Below, one piece after another: positions 34,002-41,818 of a stretch of DNA of 64,000 nucleotides (position 1 is the first letter of the stretch; each line of letters starts with the position of its first letter). The position numbers were made by a program, and so were the translations under genes. The notes under the pieces were generated by a model. That model made no database searches and had not been told where the DNA came from. It saw only the letters and a program-made list of their open reading frames with translations. The DNA comes from Halioglobus sp. (lineage in GTDB: Bacteria; Pseudomonadota; Gammaproteobacteria; Pseudomonadales; Halieaceae). Location: contig JBALVT010000003.1 of assembly GCA_036961345.1 (NCBI GenBank), forward strand, positions 6,139 to 70,138, written 5' to 3'.

Positions 34002-35354
34002 ATGAAGTCCGACGCGCAGACCATTCAGGATTGGCTCACAGAACACAATATTACTGAAGTTGAGTGTACTGTCCCTGACATAACGGGTAATGCCAGAGGC
34101 AAGTTTATCCCAGCTCATCAGTTTCTGACACAGGGTGACACTCGTTTACCCGAGAGCATTTTGATTCAGTCTGTTACTGGAGAGTATGCAGATGACCATT
34201 GGGATTTTGTCGCCCCCACAGATTCCGACATGATTCTCAAGCCCGACACCACTACCATGCGCCTCGTGCCCTGGGCTCGAGAACCAACTGCGCAAATTAT
34301 TCACGATTGCTACGACATGACAAGTGGTGAGCCCCACCCCTTGTCCACCCGAAACGTGCTACGAAAGATACTCGACTTGTACACCGCTGACGGGCTGCGT
34401 CCCGTGGTTGCTCCGGAAGTTGAATTTTATCTTGTACTTAAAAATATCGATCCAGACAATGAGCTTGAGCCTCCGATTGGTCGCTCCGGACGCGCTGAGA
34501 CGTCCCGGCTTTCCTATAGTATGGATGCGGTCGCTGAATTCGAGGATTTCGTGGAGGATATGTACGATTATGCCGAGGCGCAGCAGCTCAGTGTGGATAC
34601 ACTGATTCATGAAAATGGTGCTGCGCAGATGGAGATCAATTTCCTTCATGGTGACGCCATGAGTCTGGCTGATCAGGTGTTTGCCTTTAAGCGCACGGTT
34701 CGTGAAACGGCACATAAACACAATATTTATGCGACGTTCATGGCCAAACCCATGCAAAAAGAACCTGGCAGCGCCATGCACATACACCAAAGTATTGTAC
34801 GTGCTGATACAGGAGAAAATATTTTTGCCGACGAAAACGGCGAGCATACGACGGAATTTATGAGTTATATCGCCGGGCTGCAAAAATACACACCGGAACT
34901 CATTAGTTTGTATGCGCCCAATGTAAATTCTTATCGGCGTCTGGCCCCTGATATTGCTGCGCCTATCAATCTCAACTGGGGTTATGACAACCGAACCACT
35001 GCTTTTCGTGTGCCAAATAGCAACAAGGCTGGGACCAGAGTGGAAAATCGTTTTCCCGGTGCTGATGTAAATCCCTATCTCGCATTTGCGGCGACGCTTG
35101 CCAGTGGCTATCTGGGTATGAAAAAAGGTCTTAAACCCTCAGACCCGCATCAGGGAACGGCCAACGAGGACGATATCGAAGTGGCGAGAACCCTGGAGGA
35201 GGGGTTGCGTCACCTGCAGGACACTCCCGAACTGGTTGAGATTTTTGGCAGTCTATTTTTGCGCGCTTATAGTGCGGTGAAGCTGGACGAATTCGAAGAA
35301 TTTAATCGGGTGATTAGTTCCTGGGAGCGCGAACACCTGCTGCTGCAAGTGTAG
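34002..35354 (+). CDS. Glutamine synthetase family protein (gamma-glutamylpolyamine synthetase PuuA/PauA-like)
   Basis: GS beta-grasp and catalytic domain motifs (DITGNARGKFIP, ENGAAQMEINF, GSAMHIHQS, NSYRRL). ATG 34002 is preferred over 33945. Confidence 0.86.
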   Translation: MKSDAQTIQDWLTEHNITEVECTVPDITGNARGKFIPAHQFLTQGDTRLPESILIQSVTGEYADDHWDFVAPTDSDMILKPDTTTMRLVPWAREPTAQIIHDCYDMTSGEPHPLSTRNVLRKILDLYTADGLRPVVAPEVEFYLVLKNIDPDNELEPPIGRSGRAETSRLSYSMDAVAEFEDFVEDMYDYAEAQQLSVDTLIHENGAAQMEINFLHGDAMSLADQVFAFKRTVRETAHKHNIYATFMAKPMQKEPGSAMHIHQSIVRADTGENIFADENGEHTTEFMSYIAGLQKYTPELISLYAPNVNSYRRLAPDIAAPINLNWGYDNRTTAFRVPNSNKAGTRVENRFPGADVNPYLAFAATLASGYLGMKKGLKPSDPHQGTANEDDIEVARTLEEGLRHLQDTPELVEIFGSLFLRAYSAVKLDEFEEFNRVISSWEREHLLLQV

Positions 35355-35370
35355 ACGAGGTCGTCCGCCA

Positions 35371-36216
35371 ATGACTTCCAGCACAAGCATTTTCGGTAGT
35401 ACAAATCGCTATCGAGTATTTACCTGGGTTAAATACCTCACCTATGCGCTGCTGAGCGTCAATATTTATCTTTTTCTTCAGCAAGAGTTAACGGCGCTTG
35501 AATACACCTTTGCTGACGGCATTGAGCCCGGTCAAATTATTCAGAGCTTCTCCGCTACAATCGACACCGGTTCCTGGGTTTTGTTGTTGCTGCTCTTTGA
35601 GCTCGAAACATCTGTACTGAATGACAGTCAGATTCGAGGTGTAACGAAATGGATGCTGCATGGCGTTCGCGGTATTTGCTATATTGCAATTGCTTACGCG
35701 TTCACAGGCTATTATGCGGAGCTCGTTGCGCTGTATAACCTGATTCCCATGCCTTCCTTTGATCCGTGTTCTGCGATTGCCCAAAACCTGTCGATACTCG
35801 TGACTCTTGATGAATATTCGCCGCTGGATGCTTCCAATTGTGCATCCATGAGTTCGCTAGTCTATCGTTTAGAGGGATTTGAAATTATCGCCGACGACCA
35901 AGCGCTGCAGGTGGCGCGAGGACTTGCCTGGGCAGATATTCTTAACGCTGGCGCCTGGATTCTGGTTGTCATCGTATTGGAGGTAGAAGTTCGCTTGCAG
36001 CTGCGCGGAAATTTGTCAGATAAAATTATGGATGGCACAAAGTTTGTTAAACTAGCGCTTTACGGCACTCTATTTTGCGCGGCGTTATACTGGGGTTACG
36101 CGGGTGCATTCCTGGATTTTTGGGATGCCTGCCTGTGGTTGTTTGCGTTTATATTCATTGAATTGAATGTATTTGAGTGGCAAAACGAAACTTCCCGGGA
36201 AGGAGCACCAATCTAA
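35371..36216 (+). CDS. Unknown polytopic membrane protein (about 6 TM) with a thrice-repeated W-hydrophobic-E-x-E/N helix motif
   Basis: Hydrophobic segments at about residues 16-36, 67-83, 101-121, 193-207, 225-247 and 253-268. 16 nt after the GS-like stop; its stop is 1 nt before the mtnA ATG. Confidence 0.7.
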   Translation: MTSSTSIFGSTNRYRVFTWVKYLTYALLSVNIYLFLQQELTALEYTFADGIEPGQIIQSFSATIDTGSWVLLLLLFELETSVLNDSQIRGVTKWMLHGVRGICYIAIAYAFTGYYAELVALYNLIPMPSFDPCSAIAQNLSILVTLDEYSPLDASNCASMSSLVYRLEGFEIIADDQALQVARGLAWADILNAGAWILVVIVLEVEVRLQLRGNLSDKIMDGTKFVKLALYGTLFCAALYWGYAGAFLDFWDACLWLFAFIFIELNVFEWQNETSREGAPI

Positions 36217-36217
36217 A

Positions 36218-37315
36218 ATGTTTTCCTCTGATGATCTGTCCAGTTTGCGCCGCAATAGTGAAACCGGGCTGATAGAAGTTATTGACCAGACCTTGCTTCC
36301 TCACCAGCTGCAATGGTGTTCCCTGAACACCCTGGAGTTGTATTGCCATGCCATTGAAGTTATGCAGGTTCGGGGTGCGCCGCTGATTGGTATTACGGCC
36401 GCTTGCGGTTTGGCACACGCGATAAGCCATGATGCATCTCAGGCTGGTATTGATGAAGCGGCAGAAAAATTACTGGCCACCCGCCCAACGGCGGTTAATT
36501 TGCGCTGGGCACTTGAGCAGGTGTGCTCAGCGGTGGCCGGCTTGCCAGAAACCGAGCGCAGTGCCGCTGCCTGGGGCCGGGCGATGTCCATTCGCGAGGA
36601 AGATATCGCTAATTGTTCGCGCATTGGCGATTGTGGTTTGGAGCAACTGCAGCGCCTTGCCGCAGGAAAAGAAGGGAAGACGCTTAATATTATGACCCAC
36701 TGTAATGCCGGCTGGCTGGCTACCATACAGTGGGGAACAGCTCTGGCGCCAATCTACAAAGCCCACGGTGCCGGCCTGAAAGTACATGTTTGGGTATCTG
36801 AAACCAGACCGCGCAATCAGGGGATGAATCTCACTGCCTGGGAGTTACAGCGTGCCGGGGTACCTTGCACAGTGGTCGCAGATAATAGCTGTGGCCACCT
36901 TATGCAAAGTGGGCAGGTCGACTGCGTTATCGTTGGAACAGATCGCACCGCCGCCAATGGAGATGTTTGCAACAAAATAGGTACCTACCTGAAAGCCCTG
37001 GCAGCAAAGGCCAGTGGCGTACCTTTTTATGTTGGTTTACCTGCTGCGACAGTGGATTGGACCTGCCCGGATGGCGCGCAAATCCCTATTGAGGAACGCG
37101 GTGGAGAGGAGTTGTTAGCTGTTGGGGGTATGGATGAAGCTAATCACTACACCACAATTTCTTTGGCGGGCGCAGGCACTCAGGCAGCGAATCCGGCCTT
37201 TGATGTGACACCGGCGGCGCTGGTTAGCAAGTTACTAACTGAATACGGTGCGTTCTCAGCAGATAGCGAAGGTATGGCTGCATTGCGAAAAGTGCTGCCC
37301 CAGCATTTAGCCTGA
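36218..37315 (+). CDS. mtnA: S-methyl-5-thioribose-1-phosphate isomerase
   Basis: eIF-2B-related family motifs (IEVIDQTLLPHQ, VRGAPLIGITAA, VGTDRTAANGDVCNKIGTY). ATG 36218 is preferred over the ORF-track start 36167, which overlaps the upstream gene. Confidence 0.9.
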   Translation: MFSSDDLSSLRRNSETGLIEVIDQTLLPHQLQWCSLNTLELYCHAIEVMQVRGAPLIGITAACGLAHAISHDASQAGIDEAAEKLLATRPTAVNLRWALEQVCSAVAGLPETERSAAAWGRAMSIREEDIANCSRIGDCGLEQLQRLAAGKEGKTLNIMTHCNAGWLATIQWGTALAPIYKAHGAGLKVHVWVSETRPRNQGMNLTAWELQRAGVPCTVVADNSCGHLMQSGQVDCVIVGTDRTAANGDVCNKIGTYLKALAAKASGVPFYVGLPAATVDWTCPDGAQIPIEERGGEELLAVGGMDEANHYTTISLAGAGTQAANPAFDVTPAALVSKLLTEYGAFSADSEGMAALRKVLPQHLA

Positions 37316-37317
37316 AT

Positions 37318-37515
37318 TTATTCACCGGCCTCCACATAATCGATTCTCGGATATGGGCGTTTGAACATTTGCTCGTGATTACAAATGACACAGCGGTGCT
37401 CTATGCCCTCGGGTGTTGGGTCGGTATTGGGCGAAGGTGACATCATGCCTTTGCCGCAGGCATCACATTCGTAATCGACTTCAAATGTTCGGACCTCTTG
37501 TTTCACTTCAGGCAT
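37318..37515 (-). CDS. 65-aa four-cysteine (CxxC-N21-CxxC) zinc-ribbon-like protein of unknown function
   Basis: AGGAGG at 37529-37524 lies 8 nt upstream of the ATG. 46 nt downstream of the radical SAM gene. The Cys pairs are YECDACG and HRCVICN. Confidence 0.65.
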   Translation of the reverse strand: MPEVKQEVRTFEVDYECDACGKGMMSPSPNTDPTPEGIEHRCVICNHEQMFKRPYPRIDYVEAGE

Positions 37516-37561
37516 ATCAGTTTCCTCCTGATGATTGAAGTTGAGTAACTAAAACCAAAGT

Positions 37562-39469
37562 CTATGCTAACGCGATAAACTGTAATTCTGAAGAGGGTGT
37601 CGCTACTTCTTTGTCGCTTTCCAGAATGCTTCCTCGCAGCCAGCTGCCGCCGTCGGCATCGTGCAGAATATCGCCAACGCCACCCGGGTGTTTAATCGTA
37701 AGTTGCACGGGCTTGACTATGGATTCATCGTACACCGGCAGCTCCATGGCTGCCAGCGAGCCGTGTGAGGTGAGCGCATCGAAGTCGAATCGTTCCCGGA
37801 GTATGTGTTCCTCTCCGACCCTGGGGCACAGTGATTGATCGAGCTTCAAAATGTTCAAAGCTTCGCTTGGGTCCAGACCCTGCTGTTCGTGTGCCATGGA
37901 TATCACGCCTGAAATGGTGTCGTAAAGCGTCCCCAATTGCGTAAGGGCGGTAAGGTACACCTGATCTCGGTCTTCGTAGATGGCCATTCTGTTTTCCAAT
38001 TCAAGACCCGGTAGCTGGCTCCGGAATTGCTCAATAATTGCCTGCAAAATCTCTCTGAGAAGCGGTGATACCGATATTTCTCCTCGCAGCGCCAATAAAC
38101 GCGTGGTCAGCGGCATAACATGCCCGTGTACCAGTAGAATGTGGGCACTGATAAGAAAATATCCTTCTTCGCCCTCCTGGCGTGTGAAACTGTGGCAGCC
38201 GACAACGTATTCTCCCTTGGCCTTACCGTATCCGGCGACGGGTATCGCCTCAATACGGTATTCCTCGCGCCGCCTGTAGAATTCTGTCCCTGGAAGCAGG
38301 GTATAGCCAAAAATATTTATATTGGGAAAAGTAGCCAGTAATCGATCGAGATTGCGCTCAAAATCGGCCAGATTGTCACCAGGCAAACCCCAAATCAGTT
38401 CAGCGGCAATGGGCACGCCCTGCTCCGACATGCGCTTGGCGATGGGTTCGTACTGGTTGGAGCTCATGTTTTGCCTGTTACTGAGTCGAAGAGCCTCTGG
38501 AGTAAGAGTCTGCAAGGCCAGCTGATAGTGCGGCAGGAGGCCATTGCGGTGCAGCAGAAGGGCGATTTCCTGTACCTGGCGGCTGTGTTTTTTTGACCAG
38601 GAGGTGGCAAATGAAAGTGGCAACCCTTTGCGGTCTTTTAGGTCCACTATAAGCTTGGCCTTATCGATATCCTGCTTTAAGGCACCGAAGTTGGAGTCGG
38701 CAAGCCATATATCCTTGATACCGGCGTCGGTAATCTTCTCCCAGTCTGCGGTTATGCGAGCCATGGACCACTGATACATCTTGCTACCGATGGCGCCCGT
38801 TCCCCATTCGCAGAATGCGCACTTGAAGGGGCAGCCGCGACTGGTCTCATAAGAGATTGAGTCGTACAGTGGGGCGCCTTTTTCATCGGTTAATTGCAAA
38901 ATGTCTAATGGGGAAGGGAAAGTATCCAGGTCTTTGCAGCGCGCTCTGGAAGCTGTTTCGAAAATCTCGCCATCAACGAGATAGGCCAGTCCGTCAATCG
39001 TATTCCAGTGCTTGGGGCCAGCACTGTCCAATACTTGCTGGAAGCTGATTTCGGCCTCTCCCAAGAAAATTAAATCGATGGGATCTATGCCCAGATAATC
39101 TTCCGCCTGTTGAACATGTGGCCCTCCAGCCATAATCAGCAGTTCGGGCAGCATCGCCTTGAGATTTCTCGCCAGTTCCAGAAACTCTGCGGCATTCCAG
39201 GTGTAGAAACTGAATCCTACTATGGGCTGTTCGCCAGCCTGCAACGCCTCTAGTGCGCGTGGCAACTCCTGTCGCTCCCAGTTAGACAGCCAGTCGGGAA
39301 TTTCCAGGCCATCCTGGAAATGTTCCAGTTTGATATCGGTGCGACATGAGGTGGTTCCGTATTTACGGAAGTAGGCCGTCAGCGCAGCGGTTGTCGTCGG
39401 TGGTGCTTTAAATTGGTCTGAGTCCATGCTGATCAGCCATACAGGGCGATTCAAGTGGTGCGGCTCCAA
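37562..39469 (-). CDS. B12-binding-domain radical SAM protein (class B), unknown substrate
   Basis: RGCPFKCAFCEW (CX3CX2C, encoded 38833-38810) follows an N-terminal Rossmann-like B12-binding region (PIVGFSFYTWN..LIMAGGPH). A long unique C-terminal region of about 230 aa. The start is TTG 39469 or ATG 39427. Confidence 0.85.
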   Translation of the reverse strand: MEPHHLNRPVWLISMDSDQFKAPPTTTAALTAYFRKYGTTSCRTDIKLEHFQDGLEIPDWLSNWERQELPRALEALQAGEQPIVGFSFYTWNAAEFLELARNLKAMLPELLIMAGGPHVQQAEDYLGIDPIDLIFLGEAEISFQQVLDSAGPKHWNTIDGLAYLVDGEIFETASRARCKDLDTFPSPLDILQLTDEKGAPLYDSISYETSRGCPFKCAFCEWGTGAIGSKMYQWSMARITADWEKITDAGIKDIWLADSNFGALKQDIDKAKLIVDLKDRKGLPLSFATSWSKKHSRQVQEIALLLHRNGLLPHYQLALQTLTPEALRLSNRQNMSSNQYEPIAKRMSEQGVPIAAELIWGLPGDNLADFERNLDRLLATFPNINIFGYTLLPGTEFYRRREEYRIEAIPVAGYGKAKGEYVVGCHSFTRQEGEEGYFLISAHILLVHGHVMPLTTRLLALRGEISVSPLLREILQAIIEQFRSQLPGLELENRMAIYEDRDQVYLTALTQLGTLYDTISGVISMAHEQQGLDPSEALNILKLDQSLCPRVGEEHILRERFDFDALTSHGSLAAMELPVYDESIVKPVQLTIKHPGGVGDILHDADGGSWLRGSILESDKEVATPSSELQFIALA

Positions 39470-39625
39470 AGGTGTATTGAGAGGGCAATGTAGCGGATTG
39501 TTCGGCTTTTGCCCATACCCTGGACGGCCAGGAGCCTGGTGTTTTATTTGCGGTTGCTTCCGGGGCCTGAATAGCTAAGCTGTGACTACCAAAAGGCGTA
39601 GTGAAAAGCCCCTGGGAGACCTGCT

Positions 39626-40471
39626 TTGGATACAGAATTGCTAAAAACATTTCTCGAAGTGCATAAAACGAGACATTTCGGGCGCGCGGCCGAGAATCTG
39701 TATATTACTCAGGCCGCTGTGAGCGCCCGCATTAAGCAGTTGGAAGAAATTTTTGGTGCCCCCCTTTTTATACGCAAGCGCAATAACATACAACTTAGTA
39801 GCGAAGGCGAGCGCTTGATTCCCCATGCTGAGACTATGCTTCTTGCGCTCTCCAGAGCTCGACTGGATGTCGCAGTGCCCCATGTCGCCAGTCGTCGGCT
39901 GCAAATAGGCGTCCGGACCGGAATTTGGGGGGATGTACTTCAGGATAAACTACACAAACTGCAGAGCGGCTTGCCGGATCTGGCGCTACAAGTGGAGAGC
40001 CTGGAGCCGGATAGTCTGACGAGAAGGCTATTGGATCGCACACTCGATATAGCGATTGTTTACGAATTACCCAGTGTCCTTGAGTTCAGCTGTGTGCCCA
40101 TAGGCGAATTCACCTTAAAACTCTATAGCTCGGTGAAAGGCGAGAATCTGAAGTCTGCGCTGGCGGGAAACTATATCTATTTGGACTGGGGGGGTGGGTT
40201 CGCTCGCTTTCATGAGCGGCGTTTTGGCGATCAGCCCACGCCGGTGCTAAACACAAATATCAATGAATTGGCGCGTGATTATCTGGTGGCGAATGGCGGT
40301 GCCTGTTTTTTGCCGGAAAGTTTACAGAAATGCCTTGCCGTAGAGGGGCTTACGCTGGTGAATGATTCTCCCGACTTTGTGCGTCAACTCAATATTGCTT
40401 ATCACTCAGGCTCTGGCCACAGAGAACTGATTGAGCAGGTGATCGCTTTTTTTGTCGACGTGAAAGTCTAA
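39626..40471 (+). CDS. LysR-family transcriptional regulator
   Basis: N-terminal wHTH LKTFLEVHKTRHFGRAAENLYITQAAVSARIKQLEE. TTG start. Divergent from the radical SAM gene with a 156-nt shared control region. Confidence 0.88.
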   Translation: MDTELLKTFLEVHKTRHFGRAAENLYITQAAVSARIKQLEEIFGAPLFIRKRNNIQLSSEGERLIPHAETMLLALSRARLDVAVPHVASRRLQIGVRTGIWGDVLQDKLHKLQSGLPDLALQVESLEPDSLTRRLLDRTLDIAIVYELPSVLEFSCVPIGEFTLKLYSSVKGENLKSALAGNYIYLDWGGGFARFHERRFGDQPTPVLNTNINELARDYLVANGGACFLPESLQKCLAVEGLTLVNDSPDFVRQLNIAYHSGSGHRELIEQVIAFFVDVKV

Positions 40472-40565
40472 TTTTTGAGGATAGTTTGCCCTCCGCATGC
40501 CCTTGTCGCTGCGACGCTCGGCAATAAGTTTACCCACTATCCGATTTCAGACGCCGAGGCTGGGT

Positions 40566-40787
40566 CTAAAAATCGTCAAGATCGATGTCGTAGTAGCCGA
40601 TTTCATCCCGCAAGCGTTTTTCTTCCAGTCGTTGCTCGGCACGGCGACGTTTGTCAGCCAGGCACTGCTTTTCGCTCGATACGGGGATTAAGTCATCAAA
40701 CTCTTCGTCTATTAGTTCTCCCAGTGCCGGCTCGAAAATATCATCGAGAGACTCTGAAACCGCAGGTTCCTGATTTTGTTCGCCCAT
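40566..40787 (-). CDS. Small highly acidic protein (PA3496-family-like, putative envelope-integrity mini-protein)
   Basis: 73 aa. GGAGGTG RBS upstream. The C-terminal KRRRAEQRLEEKRLRDEIGYYDIDLDDF resembles that family as I remember it. Confidence 0.6.
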   Translation of the reverse strand: MGEQNQEPAVSESLDDIFEPALGELIDEEFDDLIPVSSEKQCLADKRRRAEQRLEEKRLRDEIGYYDIDLDDF

Positions 40788-41100
40788 AAACCACCTCCAG
40801 ATAATTTATAACAAGGTGCCTCGTGGCAAATATCACTCAGGACATTTGTTGAGTAAATCAAAATATTATTGGATTGATAACAAAAATATTTTGTTAAGGC
40901 CGTATTTGGCGTAAAACTCATTGTTGATGGGCGGGCCGCCACCATCCCTGGCTTCCCTGCGATTCCACTCTACATCCTTGTAGGTTTCATCCCTGAACTT
41001 TATTACCGCAAACGGCCCGCCCGAATGATTATTAGCAATACTCGTGCCAGTATTCATTTGCCCTGAATAGGGCGTATCCACCGCCGGGGGGTGTCTTGAG

Positions 41101-41120
41101 GGTGTGTCCGGGTGTGTCCG
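41101..41120. repeat. Perfect tandem duplication of the 10-mer GGTGTGTCCG
   Basis: Read directly from the sequence, in the spacer just downstream of the second shikimate kinase gene. On the transcribed (minus) strand it is part of a C-rich tract. Confidence 0.6.
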
Positions 41121-41159
41121 GACGCGTCACGGTCGGCTTCCAGCGTCCGCCCCTATTGC

Positions 41160-41672
41160 CTAGCGGTCTTGCAGAAGGTCCAGGATCTTTGCGGCGATTT
41201 CGTCTGCGCTGCCAGAATCAGAGCTCACTGTGTACGCAGCATATTGTCGATAAAGAGGCGTACGTTCATTGAAAACCTCAGCAAAGTTTTGGGCTGGCGA
41301 CGACGCTATGCCGCGAAGAGGTGCGAGGGCAATGCGTCTTTCAAGTGTCTGAAGACTGGCTTCAAGATAAACCACCGGTCCGGCGGAGGATAGGCGCTGC
41401 ATGGCTGAATCGCTGTAGACCACACTGCCACCAGTAGAAATGACCGATTGATCCAGAGGGATATCCATTAGTACCTGTTCTTCAATTTCCCTGAGTCGCG
41501 CGTGGCCGTGCTCCTCGAGGATTTCTTGCAAAGTTGCACCCGCGTGAACCTGAATATCGAGATCTGTGTCTCTAAAGCGCAGTCCGCTAATCTTGGCAAG
41601 TAGAACGCCCACAGTACTCTTGCCGCTGCCCGGCATGCCGATCAGGCTAATAGTGTCTATCTCACGGGTCAC
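41160..41672 (-). CDS. Shikimate kinase paralogue (AroL/AroK-like)
   Basis: P-loop GMPGSGKST, DTD motif, GGS motif; 170 aa. This is the second shikimate-kinase-like gene in the window. Confidence 0.82.
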   Translation of the reverse strand: MTREIDTISLIGMPGSGKSTVGVLLAKISGLRFRDTDLDIQVHAGATLQEILEEHGHARLREIEEQVLMDIPLDQSVISTGGSVVYSDSAMQRLSSAGPVVYLEASLQTLERRIALAPLRGIASSPAQNFAEVFNERTPLYRQYAAYTVSSDSGSADEIAAKILDLLQDR

Positions 41673-41818
41673 TGTGAATTCCTCGGTACGGGTGGCAAAG
41701 GCGCAGAATATCTGTAAACAGGGCGCGGTGTCATGTACGAATTCGTCTTGCGCCTATAGCGATGGCTCTATACAGTTGCAATTTTTAATGTGCCAAGACG
41801 TACACTCGAGGAATTTAA

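Noticed and set aside
39470-39625. Possible cobalamin riboswitch upstream of the B12-binding radical SAM gene.
   Set aside because: The region is only 156 nt and is shared with the divergent LysR gene. I found no B12-box-like sequence on the minus strand. LysR control is the simpler explanation.
40866-41081. 71-aa ORF as a called feature.
   Set aside because: It has a GTG start, a weak RBS and no family recognised. It is kept only as a finding to be tested, not annotated as a gene.
41673-41818. Possible glycine riboswitch in front of gcvT.
   Set aside because: The 146-nt leader has neither the GGAGAG...ACCGAAGG core motifs nor space for tandem aptamers. Only a loose EcoRI-site-containing inverted repeat is present.
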